Positions 51,601 to 60,662 of a stretch of DNA of 63,186 nt are shown here, piece by piece (positions within the stretch are counted from its first letter, which is position 1; the number at the start of each line of letters is the position of its first letter). Location of the stretch: the NCBI GenBank assembly GCA_050257015.1, contig JBLMWC010000108.1, positions 1 to 63,186 of the forward strand, given 5' to 3'. The stretch is from Bacillota bacterium (GTDB lineage Bacteria; Gemmatimonadota; Gemmatimonadetes; Gemmatimonadales; GWC2-71-9). A program made the translations under genes and the position numbers. The notes under the pieces are model-generated. The model saw nothing but the letters and a program-made list of their open reading frames with translations, ran no database searches and was not told the origin of the DNA.

Positions 51601-51968
51601 AGCTCGACCTGTACCGCCGACTGGCGCGGGCGGTGTCGTCTGGCGAAATTGATCAGCTGCGCGAGGAAATGCGCGAGCGGTTCGGCCCCCTGCCCAGCGA
51701 GGCCGAGACGCTGCTCGACATGGCCCGACTCAGGGTCGTGGGGGCCGCGCTCGGCCTCCAGCATGTTCTGGTGCGGGGTGACGAGGCCCGGCTGACGTTC
51801 CGGGCGGGTGCCGCGCCGCGGATGGCGGGTCTTACCGCCGCGCTGGAGGATGTGCAGCTGGCCGCCGACGTCCGACGGACCGTGCCGCTCTCGCTCCGGC
51901 TGACCCGGCTGGGTGGTGAAGCGATGATTCCCGCGCTCGTCCGAGCGCTCAGAGCCGTAACCAAGTGA
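48693..51968 (+). CDS. mfd: Transcription-repair coupling factor
   Basis: VRGGIVD, GDYVVHLDHGIG, GDVGYGKT, DEEHRFG, TATPIPRT, QLRGRVGRS, DLELRGAGNLLG. Confidence 0.97.
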   Translation: MTLQLVLDAFGRAPSSYTLRERLPQRGGTLRLGGLPGSSGAVLTAWLAAVESQRLLVVIAPAPGDAERWLTDLAHLTSLPAALYPQREALGEDEPHYEIAGERAETIEAILGGRLRIVVTTARATAEKTLVPAALEALRLRLAVGERRPPAAVVQELEAMGYRRVPTVTEVAEFSVRGGIVDIYGFGMAGPARLEWWGDDISSIRGFDLTTQRSTEEVTGITVLPIDTRAVRDGNGGDGRKGGRRQTLLELLPPDALIIEEATGPDADEVARAWNEAAHHLDVARRLGEDVPARELIFEEPAAWVSRLAAFPRLVLRDEPADLQMGFFPPERVDRDLNRLRALLAGSPPTLILCDNDGQLERMEELLDDDGRRAANATLAVGALEGGFVLPSLRVLTDHEIFRRARRLRRTRRYRQAAPSAATGALTIGDYVVHLDHGIGLYRGIDTVRVGESTFEVAVVEYEGGDRLNVPLYRLDQLERYRAAGEDGDRPPPKLHKLGGSSWQKVRDRTRTAIRQMAAELLDLYARRSVTGGYPFPPDSRWQRELESAFLYEDTPDQRTATEDIKRDMEQPRPMDRLLVGDVGYGKTEVAVRAAFKAVQGGKQVAVLVPTTILAEQHGRTFVERLADYPVKIEVLSRFRTAKEQKQALARLASGETDIVIGTHRLLSKDVVFKDLGLLVVDEEHRFGVKHKERLKELKLQVDVLTLTATPIPRTLHLSLAGLRDLTLIETPPRDRSAVLTFVEPWDDALLEEAFARELDRGGQVFMVHNRIETIETIAARVRSLAPRARVAVAHGQMAADDLERVMRDFVGGEVDILVTTMIVESGLDVPNANTMVVHDAHRLGLAQLYQLRGRVGRSHRRAYCYLLVPDTIDADAEDRLKVLEHHTELGAGYRIALKDLELRGAGNLLGSEQSGHAHAVGFDLYLRWLEETVKAMRGQGGHEQPLPPDVVLDRPSHLPDGYVADDDVKLDLYRRLARAVSSGEIDQLREEMRERFGPLPSEAETLLDMARLRVVGAALGLQHVLVRGDEARLTFRAGAAPRMAGLTAALEDVQLAADVRRTVPLSLRLTRLGGEAMIPALVRALRAVTK

Positions 51969-51990
51969 CTGTCCCTTTCCTGGAGACCTG

Positions 51991-53451
51991 ATGCGCCGCT
52001 TGTTGATCGCAGCCGGACTGCTCGGCATCGCCGGATGCTCGAACTTCCGCGACCTCTTCTCGGCGCATGCCGACGTGGCGGCCACGGCCGGCGCGCTGGA
52101 GCTCAAGACCGACCGGCTCGGGCAGATCCTCGCGGGACCAAAGGGGGCGCAGCTCAACATCGAGGCCGCGCAGTACGTCGCCAACCTCTGGACCGATTAC
52201 GCGCTCTTCTCCCAGGCCGTCGCCCGCGGGAAGCTCCCGAGCGACTCGGCGGCCGTCGCCGAAGTGTTCTGGCCCGACATCGCGGACATCCGCTCGAAGC
52301 ACTGGTTCGACTCGCTGCTCTCGCGCCGGAGCAAGGTGTCGCCCGCGGCGGCCGACAGCGTCTACAACGGGAACCAGATCCGCGTCTTCCAGCACATCCT
52401 CTTCCGGGTGGACCCGAACGCGGTTCCCGAGGAGCGCGCGGCGGTGCACAAGCAGGCCGAGGCGGCCCTCGCGCGGCTCAAGGCGGGCGCCGATTTCGGG
52501 CAGATGGCGGCGCAGCTCTCCCAGGACGGCAGCGCGCAGGATCAGGGCTTCCTGCCGCCGAAGCCGAAGGGCGCCTTCGTGACGGCGTTCGACAGCGCGG
52601 GCTGGTCGCTCGCGCCGGGCGCGCTGAGCGGAATCGTCGAGACCCCGTACGGCTACCATATCATCAAGCGGCCGAACGCCGCGGCGGTGCAGGACCGGCT
52701 GACGACCTGGCTGCGTGAAGGCGCCGGCGTCCGGCTCGACTCGCTGTACCTCGACAGTCTGGGGATCCAGCGGAAGGTCAAGATCGCCGCGACGGCGCCG
52801 GCCACGATTCGCTCGGCGGTCGAGGACATGGACGCGAGCAGCAAGTCGAGGAAGGCGATCGCCACCTATCAGGGCGGCGAGATGACGGTCGGCGACCTGA
52901 TCCGCTGGGTGCGGCAGATCCCCCCCGCGTTCGTCACCCAGATCAAGACGGCCAGCGACTCGCAGCTGGTCAGCTTTGCACGGCAGGTCACCAACAGCGA
53001 GCTGCTGCTCAGGCAGGCCGACTCGGCGCACGTCGCGATGACGCCGCTCGAGTGGCAGGAGATCAGGCAGCATTACACGACCCAGGTGGATTCGCTCAAG
53101 GCCGACATGGGGATCACAGGCGCCGACTTCGCCGACAGCACGCTCGGTGAGAGTGAGCGCGTGAAGGTCGCGGGCCTCAAGCTCGACCAGTACTTCGACG
53201 CGCTGCTCGCGGGGAAGACGCGGCTTCGGCCGCTGCCGTCCACGCTGGCGTCGGTGCTCCGCGCCCGCATGCCGCATCGGCTGTATCAGGCCGGGCTCGA
53301 GCGGGGTCTGGAGCAGGCGCGCGCGATCCGGAGCAAGACCGACTCCACCGCGGCCCCGGGCGTGATGCGCCCGGCGCCGGGTCCGGCGCCGGTTCCGGGC
53401 GGTGCCGCACCGGCGACTCCCGCACCGGCGACGCCAGAACCGAAGAAGTGA
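51991..53451 (+). CDS. Parvulin-type peptidyl-prolyl isomerase lipoprotein (PrsA/PpiD-like)
   Basis: IAGC lipobox; QHILF, DFGQMA, ETPYGYHIIK. Confidence 0.85.
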   Translation: MRRLLIAAGLLGIAGCSNFRDLFSAHADVAATAGALELKTDRLGQILAGPKGAQLNIEAAQYVANLWTDYALFSQAVARGKLPSDSAAVAEVFWPDIADIRSKHWFDSLLSRRSKVSPAAADSVYNGNQIRVFQHILFRVDPNAVPEERAAVHKQAEAALARLKAGADFGQMAAQLSQDGSAQDQGFLPPKPKGAFVTAFDSAGWSLAPGALSGIVETPYGYHIIKRPNAAAVQDRLTTWLREGAGVRLDSLYLDSLGIQRKVKIAATAPATIRSAVEDMDASSKSRKAIATYQGGEMTVGDLIRWVRQIPPAFVTQIKTASDSQLVSFARQVTNSELLLRQADSAHVAMTPLEWQEIRQHYTTQVDSLKADMGITGADFADSTLGESERVKVAGLKLDQYFDALLAGKTRLRPLPSTLASVLRARMPHRLYQAGLERGLEQARAIRSKTDSTAAPGVMRPAPGPAPVPGGAAPATPAPATPEPKK

Positions 53452-54806
53452 AGGACGCCATGAGGATGATGTACCGGACCGCGGCGGCATTGGGCGCCGC
53501 GGCCATGCTGGGCGCTCCGCTGGCGGCGCAGGCCGCGCCGGCGGGGCGGGTGGTGCGCGACACTACGATCGTGGCCGATCGGGTGGTCGCGGTCGTCGGC
53601 AACCGGCCGATCCTCCTCTCGCAGGTGGACGAGGAGATCTTCACGCGGCAGTCGCAGGCCGGCCTCAAGCCGCCCGAGAACGAGGATGCGCTGGACTCGC
53701 TCCGCCGGTCGGTGGTGTCCGACATCATCGACGAAGAGCTGCTGGTGCAGGAGGCCCAGCGGGATACCACGATCAAGGTGACCGACGAAGAGGTGGTGCA
53801 GGGGGTCGAGCAGCAGTTCAAGAACGTGCGCTCCCGCTTCACCTCGGAGGTGGATTTCAACACCGAGCTCAGGAAGGCCGGATTCGAAACGCCGGACGAG
53901 TACCGCCGCTGGACCGCCGACAATCTCCGCCGCTCCTTCTACCGCACGCGACTGCTCGAGCACCTCAAGGATCGCGGCCACCTCAAGCCGGTCATGCCGA
54001 CCGACCGGGAGATGCGCGAGTACTTCGAGCGCACCAAGGGGACGATGGAGAAGCGTCCCCCGACGATCTCCTTCCGCCAGATCATCGTTTCCCCCAGGGC
54101 GAGCGACTCGGCCCGCGCCCGCGCGCGGGGGCTCGCCGATTCCATCGTCGCCGAGCTCCGCAAGGGAGCCGACTTCGCGACCGCCGCCCGGCGATTCTCC
54201 CAGGACCCGGGAAGCCGGGAGAGCGGCGGCGACCTCGGCTGGCAGCGGCGGGGCACCTTCCTCCCCGAGTTCGAGAAGGTCGAGTTCTCGCTGAAGCCCG
54301 GCGCGATCTCGGATCCGGTGGAGACCGCGTTCGGCTACCACATCATTCAGGTCGTGCGGGTCCAGCCGACCGAGACCAACGCGCGGCACATCCTCATCAT
54401 GCCGGCGGTGACGCCGGCCGACGTGGACAGCGCGCGGGCGCTTGCCGGCCGTCTCTCGCAGGCGCTGGCGGCCGGCGCGTCGTTCGACTCGATCCAGCGA
54501 TTGCACCATGACGCCGCCGAGGAGAAGGAGGCGCAGTCGGTGCCGCTCGACAAGCTGCCGCAGATGTATGCGACGGCGATCGGCACCGCCGACTCCGGCG
54601 CCGTTCTGCCGCCGTTCGAGCTCACCGGCCCCGACGGCCGCACCAAGTTCGCAATCGTGAAGGTGACCGAGCGGCGCCCCGCCGGCGACGTCACCTACGA
54701 GGACGTGAAGGAGAAGATCCGCAGCAGTCTCGGCGAGGAGTTCGCCATTCGGCGGCTGTTGACCCGGCTCCGCGCCGCTACCTACGTGGACATCCGCAAG
54801 CTTTGA
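53448..54806 (+). CDS. surA: SurA-like periplasmic chaperone/PPIase
   Basis: DRVVAVV, FATAARRFSQDPGS, GGDLG, ETAFGYHII, ARHIL; directly upstream of pdxA. Confidence 0.82.
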   Translation: MKDAMRMMYRTAAALGAAAMLGAPLAAQAAPAGRVVRDTTIVADRVVAVVGNRPILLSQVDEEIFTRQSQAGLKPPENEDALDSLRRSVVSDIIDEELLVQEAQRDTTIKVTDEEVVQGVEQQFKNVRSRFTSEVDFNTELRKAGFETPDEYRRWTADNLRRSFYRTRLLEHLKDRGHLKPVMPTDREMREYFERTKGTMEKRPPTISFRQIIVSPRASDSARARARGLADSIVAELRKGADFATAARRFSQDPGSRESGGDLGWQRRGTFLPEFEKVEFSLKPGAISDPVETAFGYHIIQVVRVQPTETNARHILIMPAVTPADVDSARALAGRLSQALAAGASFDSIQRLHHDAAEEKEAQSVPLDKLPQMYATAIGTADSGAVLPPFELTGPDGRTKFAIVKVTERRPAGDVTYEDVKEKIRSSLGEEFAIRRLLTRLRAATYVDIRKL

Positions 54807-55738
54807 CGCCCCGGCTCGCGGTCACGCTCGGCGATCCGCGGGGGATCGGACCCGAGATCGTGGCGCGGGCCCTCGCCGAGCCGCTCGACGCCGACCTCAC
54901 GCTGATCGGCGCCGAGGACCAGATCGCATCGATTCCCGCCGCCGCGCTTCCCTCCACCCGCGGGCTTCCGGTCGGCACCTGGAACGGCGGGAGCGGTGAT
55001 CGGGTGGACCACGCCCGGACGCTTCGCGCCGGCCGCATCGCCGGACACTCGGTCGAAGCGGCGGCGCGCCTCGCGCTGGCGGGCGAGGTGGACGCGATCG
55101 TGACCGCCCCCGCCCACAAGCACGCCCTGCATCTCGCCGGCTTTCCCTATCCCGGGCACACCGAGTGGCTGGCGCATCTGGCCGGCGATGTGGATGTCGC
55201 GATGATGCTCGCCGCCGACACCCTCCGCGTCGTGCTCGTCACCACCCACGTGCCGTTCCGGGACGTGCCGTCGCTGCTCACGGTGGACCGGATCGTCCGG
55301 ACCGGGCGCGTCACGCTGACCGGGCTCCGTGACTGGTTCGGCATTCCGTCCCCGCGGCTCGCGCTCTGCGCGGTGAATCCGCACGCGGGAGAATCGGGAC
55401 TCTTCGGTGACGAGGAGATCCGGGTGCTGGCGCCCGCCGCCACTCAGCTGGGAGCGGCGGGGCCGCTGCCGGCGGACACCGTCTTCGTGCGGGCGATGCG
55501 GGGGGAGTTCGACGCGGTGCTCGCGCCGTATCACGACGTGGGGATGACGGCGATCAAGGTGGCGGCGTTCGGGAAAGCGGTGAACGTCACGCTGGGGCTG
55601 CCGTTTCCGCGGACCTCGCCCGACCACGGCACGGCGTTCGACATCGCGGGGACCGGCCGCGCCGATCCGTCGAGCATGCGGGCCGCGCTGGAGCTCGGCG
55701 CCCGGCTCGGGGCTAGGCGGGCTTCTCCTCCGGCTTGA
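54803..55738 (+). CDS. pdxA: 4-hydroxythreonine-4-phosphate dehydrogenase
   Basis: GDPRGIGPE, GHTE, NPHAGE, ADT, YHD, NVTLGLPFPRTSPDHGTAFDIAG. Confidence 0.95.
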   Translation: MTPRLAVTLGDPRGIGPEIVARALAEPLDADLTLIGAEDQIASIPAAALPSTRGLPVGTWNGGSGDRVDHARTLRAGRIAGHSVEAAARLALAGEVDAIVTAPAHKHALHLAGFPYPGHTEWLAHLAGDVDVAMMLAADTLRVVLVTTHVPFRDVPSLLTVDRIVRTGRVTLTGLRDWFGIPSPRLALCAVNPHAGESGLFGDEEIRVLAPAATQLGAAGPLPADTVFVRAMRGEFDAVLAPYHDVGMTAIKVAAFGKAVNVTLGLPFPRTSPDHGTAFDIAGTGRADPSSMRAALELGARLGARRASPPA

Positions 55739-57038
55739 TCGCCACCACCCGGAGTGACTTGACCCGCCGGCCGTCCATCTCGGCGACCTCGAAGGTGTGG
55801 TCGCCGACGGTGACCCGATCGCCGACGCGGGGAAGCCGGCCGAGGAGCCCGAAGACGTAGCCGCCGAGCGTGGTGTAATCGGTGTCGTCCACGCTGGCGT
55901 CGTACTCGGAGTTGAATTCGGTGATCGGCAGCGCGCCGTCCACCAGTGGTGCTCCCTCCACCGGCTTCGGCCGGTCCTGCGGATCGTATTCATCGAAGAT
56001 CGGCCCGACGATCTCCTCCAGCAGGTCCTCCATCGTGACCAGCCCCGCGGTGCCGCCGTACTCGTCGAGGACGATGGCGAGGTGCACCTTCAGCCGCTTC
56101 ATGTCGGCCAGCACGTCTTCCACCTCGCGGGTGCCGGGGACGAAGAGCGGCGGACGCATGATCGAGCGGACGACGTCCTTGGGCCGGGAGCGGAGGGCGG
56201 TCAGGATGTCCTTCGCGTGGACCACGCCGACGATCTCGTCGAGCGAGTCGGTGTAGACCGGATAGCGTGAGCGCCGCTCGGCGGCGACCTCGTCGGCGGC
56301 GGCCTCGATGTTGATGTCGGCCGCGAGGCCGACCATCTGGGTCCGCGGCGTCATGACCTCCTGGGCGGTCTTCTCGCTGAATTCGAAGACCCCCTCGAGC
56401 ATGCGTGCGTCGCCCTGCAGGAGGGTGCCGCCCTCCTCGCTCTGCTCGACCAGCATCCGGATCTCCTCGGGCGAGTGGAGGCGGTCTTCCTCACCCGGCG
56501 GCTTGATGCCCGCCAGACCGAGCAGCCAGTTCGACATCCCCTTGAGCACCGCGATCGGGCCCGCCATCACCCAGGCGAAGCCCATCAGCGGCGCCGCGTT
56601 CCAGCTCGCCACGATTTCCGGATGCACCAGCGCCACCGCCTTCGGGACCAGCTCGCCGAAGGTGATGTGCAGCATCGTGATGATGATGAACGCGATGATG
56701 GAGGCGACGGTGTGCGTCGCCACCGCGCTCAAGGTCGGCGGAAGGGCGGCAAAGGCGCCCCGGATCAGGTGCGCCACCGCGGGCTCGCCGACCCAGCCCA
56801 GTCCGAGCGAGGTCAGGGTGATGCCGAGCTGGGTGGCGGAGATGTACCGGGCGAGTGATTGAATGGCCCGTCGGGCCAGGGTAGCTTTGCGATTTCCGCC
56901 GCGGATCATCTCGTCGAGGCGCGTCTTGCGGGCGCTGACGAGGGCGAACTCGGTGGCGACGAAGAAGGCATTCGCCAGCACGAGAACGAAGACGGCGACC
57001 AGCCCGAATCCGGTCGAGGTAGGCTGTGATGGATCCAT
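55713..57038 (-). CDS. Hemolysin-family CNNM (DUF21)-CBS-CorC protein
   Basis: NAFFVATEFA, QLGIT, GELVPK, VMTPR, SRYPV, DEYGGTAGLVTMEDLLEEIVG. Confidence 0.93.
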   Translation of the reverse strand: MDPSQPTSTGFGLVAVFVLVLANAFFVATEFALVSARKTRLDEMIRGGNRKATLARRAIQSLARYISATQLGITLTSLGLGWVGEPAVAHLIRGAFAALPPTLSAVATHTVASIIAFIIITMLHITFGELVPKAVALVHPEIVASWNAAPLMGFAWVMAGPIAVLKGMSNWLLGLAGIKPPGEEDRLHSPEEIRMLVEQSEEGGTLLQGDARMLEGVFEFSEKTAQEVMTPRTQMVGLAADINIEAAADEVAAERRSRYPVYTDSLDEIVGVVHAKDILTALRSRPKDVVRSIMRPPLFVPGTREVEDVLADMKRLKVHLAIVLDEYGGTAGLVTMEDLLEEIVGPIFDEYDPQDRPKPVEGAPLVDGALPITEFNSEYDASVDDTDYTTLGGYVFGLLGRLPRVGDRVTVGDHTFEVAEMDGRRVKSLRVVAIKPEEKPA

Positions 57039-57089
57039 ACGCGTTAAGTCTAACAGGGGAGCGGTTTTACCGCGAGAGTGACGGGTGGG

Positions 57090-58064
57090 ATGACCTCAGC
57101 CGCTGAGTCGGACCCCTCGCGCGTCGGGGAATGCTCGCACGCGTCGATCGCGGGCGGGCCGTCGCGCGGCGCGTCACGGCGGCTCCTGTACGTTCTGCTG
57201 CTCACGGCGCTCTTCATGGTGGTGGAGGCGGTCGGCGGGTGGCTGAGCGGCTCGCTCGCGCTGCTGGCGGACTCCGGCCACATGCTGACCGACGTCGGCG
57301 CGCTCGGGCTCACGATCCTCACGGCGGCGATCGCCCGCCGGCCCGCCGACAACCGCAAGACCTACGGGTACCTCCGCTGGGAGATCATCGCGGCACTGGT
57401 CAACGGCGCGGCGCTGATCGGCATCGCGGTCTGGGTGGTGGTGGAGGCGTTCCACCGCCTGGGCCGGCCTCACCCGGTCGAGGCTGGGCTCCTCATGGTG
57501 GTTGCCGCCGCGGGGCTCGCGGTGAACGCGGTCGCCCTCTGGCTCCTGCACGGAAGCCATCAGCACAGCCTCAACACGCGCGGCGCCTACCTTCATATCC
57601 TGAGCGACCTGCTGGGTTCCGTCGCCGCGCTGAGCGCGGGCGTGGTCATCGCGCTCACCGGCTGGACGCCGATCGACCCGATCCTCTCGATCGTGCTCGC
57701 CCTGATGATCCTGGCCGGCGCGTGGAACCTCGTGAAGGAGAGCACCAACATCCTGCTGGAGGCGGTGCCGCTGTCGGTGTCGATGCCGGAGGTGCAACGG
57801 CGGATGCTGGCCGTGGAGGGGGTGCGCGCGGTGCACGATCTGCACGTGTGGACGGTGACGAGCGGGGTGATCGCCATGAGCGGTCACGCAGTGGTGCCGT
57901 CGCTCGCGTCGCATCCCGGCGTGCTCGAGGGGATCCGGCGCGAGATGGGCCGGATGGGTATCGGCCATGTCACGATTCAGCTCGAAGTGGCCGATGGCTG
58001 TGAGCCGGTTGAGACGCCGGTGGTGGCCCGCGGGCACGAGCACGGGCACCGGCACGAGGGCTGA
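57090..58064 (+). CDS. Cation diffusion facilitator (CzcD/ZitB-like)
   Basis: SLALLADSGHMLTD, TYGYLR, GAYLHILSD, VHDLHVW, HVTIQ; His-rich tail. Confidence 0.93.
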   Translation: MTSAAESDPSRVGECSHASIAGGPSRGASRRLLYVLLLTALFMVVEAVGGWLSGSLALLADSGHMLTDVGALGLTILTAAIARRPADNRKTYGYLRWEIIAALVNGAALIGIAVWVVVEAFHRLGRPHPVEAGLLMVVAAAGLAVNAVALWLLHGSHQHSLNTRGAYLHILSDLLGSVAALSAGVVIALTGWTPIDPILSIVLALMILAGAWNLVKESTNILLEAVPLSVSMPEVQRRMLAVEGVRAVHDLHVWTVTSGVIAMSGHAVVPSLASHPGVLEGIRREMGRMGIGHVTIQLEVADGCEPVETPVVARGHEHGHRHEG

Positions 58065-58186
58065 AAAACCGGGCCCTGCCGTGTCTTGCGGCAGGGGCGG
58101 TGGACGTCTATATATGCGCCCGCGGGCCCCGCCGGTCAGGGCCCGCTACGGTCTTGTCCGGACGTCTCTTAGGGAAGTGTGAATTC

Positions 58187-60037
58187 GTGATTCGGAATAT
58201 CGCCATCATCGCGCACGTGGACCACGGGAAGACCACGCTCGTGGACCAGATGCTTCGGCAGGCCGGCGCCTTCCGCGCCAACCAGCAGGTCGCCGAACGG
58301 GTGATGGACTCCAACCCGCTCGAGCGGGAGCGCGGGATCACGATTCTCGCGAAGAACACCGCCGTCAACTGGCACGGCACCAAGATCAACATCGTGGATA
58401 CCCCGGGCCACGCCGACTTCGGCGGCGAGGTCGAGCGAATCCTCCGCATGGTGGACGGCGTCCTGATCCTGGTGGACGCGGCGGAGGGGCCGATGCCGCA
58501 GACGCGGTTCGTCACCCGGAAGGCGCTGGCGCTGGGCCACCGGCCGATCGTGGCGATCAACAAGATCGACCGCGCCGATGCCGAGCCGCTCCGGGTGCAT
58601 GACGAGGTGCTGGGGCTCTTCATCGACCTCGATGCGACCCACGAGCAGCTCGACGCGCCTTTCCTTTATACGTCGAGCCGGGCGGGCACCGCGACCACCG
58701 ATCTGGACAAGCCCGGCACCGATCTGGTGCCGCTCTTCCAGGCCATCCTCGACTACGTGCCGGAGCCGAAGAGCGACACCAGCGCGCCGTTCCAGATGCT
58801 GGTCTCGACCCTCGACTTCTCCAGCTTCCTCGGACGGATCGCCATCGGGCGGATCGAGCGCGGCCGGGTCCGCGTCGGCGACCAGGTGGCGCTCCTTCCC
58901 ATGGGCGAGCCGGGGATGGTGGGCGACGACGAGAAGGTCGAGCGGAACCGGGTGACGAAGCTCTACACCTTCGACGGGCTCAACCGGGTCGAGGTCGAAG
59001 AGGCGGCGGCCGGCGACATCGTGGCGCTCGCCGGCTTCGAGGGGATCGAGATCGGGAAGACGTTCACCTCGGTCGAGCATCAGGAGCGGATGGAGGGGAT
59101 CGCGGTGGAGGAGCCGACGATCTCGGTGGACTTCATCGTGAACAACAGCCCGTTCGCCGGCCGGGAGGGGAAGTTCGTCACCAGCCGCCAGCTCCGGGAC
59201 CGGCTCTTCCGGGAGCTGGAGCGGAACGTGGCGCTCCGGGTCGAGCCGACCGACAGCCCCGACACGCACGCCGTCGCCGGCCGGGGAGAGCTGCATCTCG
59301 GCATCCTGATGGAGACGATGCGGCGGGAGGGGTTCGAGTTCCAGGTGAGCCGGCCGCGGGTGATCACGCGGGAAGGCCCCAACGGCGAGCGGTACGAGCC
59401 GTACGAGGAGCTGATGATCGACGTGCCCGAGGAGTACATGGGCGCGGTGATGGAAAAGCTGGGCCCCCGGCGCTCGGAGATGACCGAGATGAAGAACCCG
59501 GGGCAGGGGATGGTGCGGATGACGTTCAAGATCCCGGCGCGCGGTCTCTTCGGATACCGGTCGGAGTTTCTCACCGACACGCGCGGAACCGGTATCATGC
59601 ACCACCGTTTCCTGGAGTACGGTCCGTGGGCCGGGCCGCTCTCGGGTCGGAAGCGGGGGGTGCTGGTGGCCGACCGCGAGGGGACGGTGGTGGCGTTCGC
59701 GCTGGGAAACCTGCAGGAGCGGGCGCAGATGTTCGTCGCGCCGGGCGACCTGGTGTACGAGGGCATGCTGGCGGGGGAGAACTCCCGGCCGGCCGACCTC
59801 GACGTGAACGTCACGAAGGAAAAGAAGCTGACCAACATGCGGACCACGGCCACCGACGACAACGTGATCCTGGAGCCGCCGAGGCAGATCACGCTCGAAT
59901 ATGCGCTCGAGTACATCGAGGAGGACGAGCTGATCGAGGTGACGCCGAAGTCGATCCGGCTGCGGAAGCGGCAGCTGGCGGCGACCGATCGCAAGAAGGC
60001 CGCGCGCGCCGCCGCGCGGGTCGAAAACGCGTCCTAG
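58187..60037 (+). CDS. typA: Translational GTPase TypA/BipA
   Basis: IRNIAIIAHVDHGKTTL, DTPGHADFGGEVER, GRGELHL, KKLTNMR, EVTPKSIRLRK; GTG 58187. Confidence 0.97.
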   Translation: MIRNIAIIAHVDHGKTTLVDQMLRQAGAFRANQQVAERVMDSNPLERERGITILAKNTAVNWHGTKINIVDTPGHADFGGEVERILRMVDGVLILVDAAEGPMPQTRFVTRKALALGHRPIVAINKIDRADAEPLRVHDEVLGLFIDLDATHEQLDAPFLYTSSRAGTATTDLDKPGTDLVPLFQAILDYVPEPKSDTSAPFQMLVSTLDFSSFLGRIAIGRIERGRVRVGDQVALLPMGEPGMVGDDEKVERNRVTKLYTFDGLNRVEVEEAAAGDIVALAGFEGIEIGKTFTSVEHQERMEGIAVEEPTISVDFIVNNSPFAGREGKFVTSRQLRDRLFRELERNVALRVEPTDSPDTHAVAGRGELHLGILMETMRREGFEFQVSRPRVITREGPNGERYEPYEELMIDVPEEYMGAVMEKLGPRRSEMTEMKNPGQGMVRMTFKIPARGLFGYRSEFLTDTRGTGIMHHRFLEYGPWAGPLSGRKRGVLVADREGTVVAFALGNLQERAQMFVAPGDLVYEGMLAGENSRPADLDVNVTKEKKLTNMRTTATDDNVILEPPRQITLEYALEYIEEDELIEVTPKSIRLRKRQLAATDRKKAARAAARVENAS

Positions 60038-60075
60038 GACGCTGATTCACACTCTCTCTGATGGCGGAGGATATC

Positions 60076-60288
60076 ATGCTGGCCTGGGAGACGTCGGTGG
60101 AGGCCCTCGAGATGCGTCGGAAGTTCGATGACGACGAAGAGGAGTTCGAGGACGGCTTTACCTTCGACGACGAAGATGACGACGAGGACGACGAGCTCGA
60201 GGACGAGGAGCTGGAGGACGAAGAGCTCGAGGACGAGGAGCTCGAGGACGACCTCATTCTGGGCGATGAGGACGACGAGGAACGCTAG
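60076..60288 (+). CDS. Hyper-acidic small hypothetical protein (70 aa)
   Basis: GGAGGA RBS before ATG 60076; strongly biased GAC/GAG codons; alternative start 60061. Confidence 0.6.
   Translation: MLAWETSVEALEMRRKFDDDEEEFEDGFTFDDEDDDEDDELEDEELEDEELEDEELEDDLILGDEDDEER
60193..60252 (+). repeat. 4 x 15-bp imperfect tandem repeat encoding ELEDE
   Basis: gagctcgaggacgag gagctggaggacgaa gagctcgaggacgag gagctcgaggacgac. Confidence 0.85.
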
Positions 60289-60350
60289 CGTCGGCTGCGT
60301 CTGACGGGCTAGATTCCGGCGCCGGACGGTCTCCGTTCGGCGACAGGGCA

Positions 60351-60424
<74 letters not shown>

Positions 60425-60439
60425 TCGAAGTCATGAAAA

Positions 60440-60486
60440 GCAACGCTGGCCGGCGTACCCGATGGGGACGCCGGTTTTGCGTTGCG
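60440..60486 (+). terminator. Hairpin after tRNA-Ile
   Basis: gcaacgc..ccggcgt / acgccgg-tttt-gcgttgc extended stem. Confidence 0.6.
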
Positions 60487-60662
60487 GGCCGCGCCATGAA
60501 GAAACGTTCACATTCCCTTCTCTCTGGCTTCACCGCTGCACCCTAGCTTCGCATGGTGGCCCGGCGACACAACTTGGCCGGCCACCAGCGCTCCATTCGC
60601 TATATTTCGGGTCACATCACTCGACGGCTCGCGGCACGCGGCCGTCACTGCGTGAAGGACTC

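Noticed and set aside
48525-52184. Very long antisense and alternate-frame ORFs (e.g. 1219 aa opposite mfd; also 19284-21992 and 17023-19386)
   Set aside because: Shadow ORFs expected from high GC3 codon bias; Arg/Pro/Gly-rich with no motifs, overlapping clearly identifiable genes
60120-60288. Repeat tract as a possible CRISPR array, or the antisense poly-Ser ORF 59889-60257
   Set aside because: Repeats are contiguous codon repeats without unique spacers and there are no cas genes; poly-Ser is just the reverse complement of GAC/GAG codons
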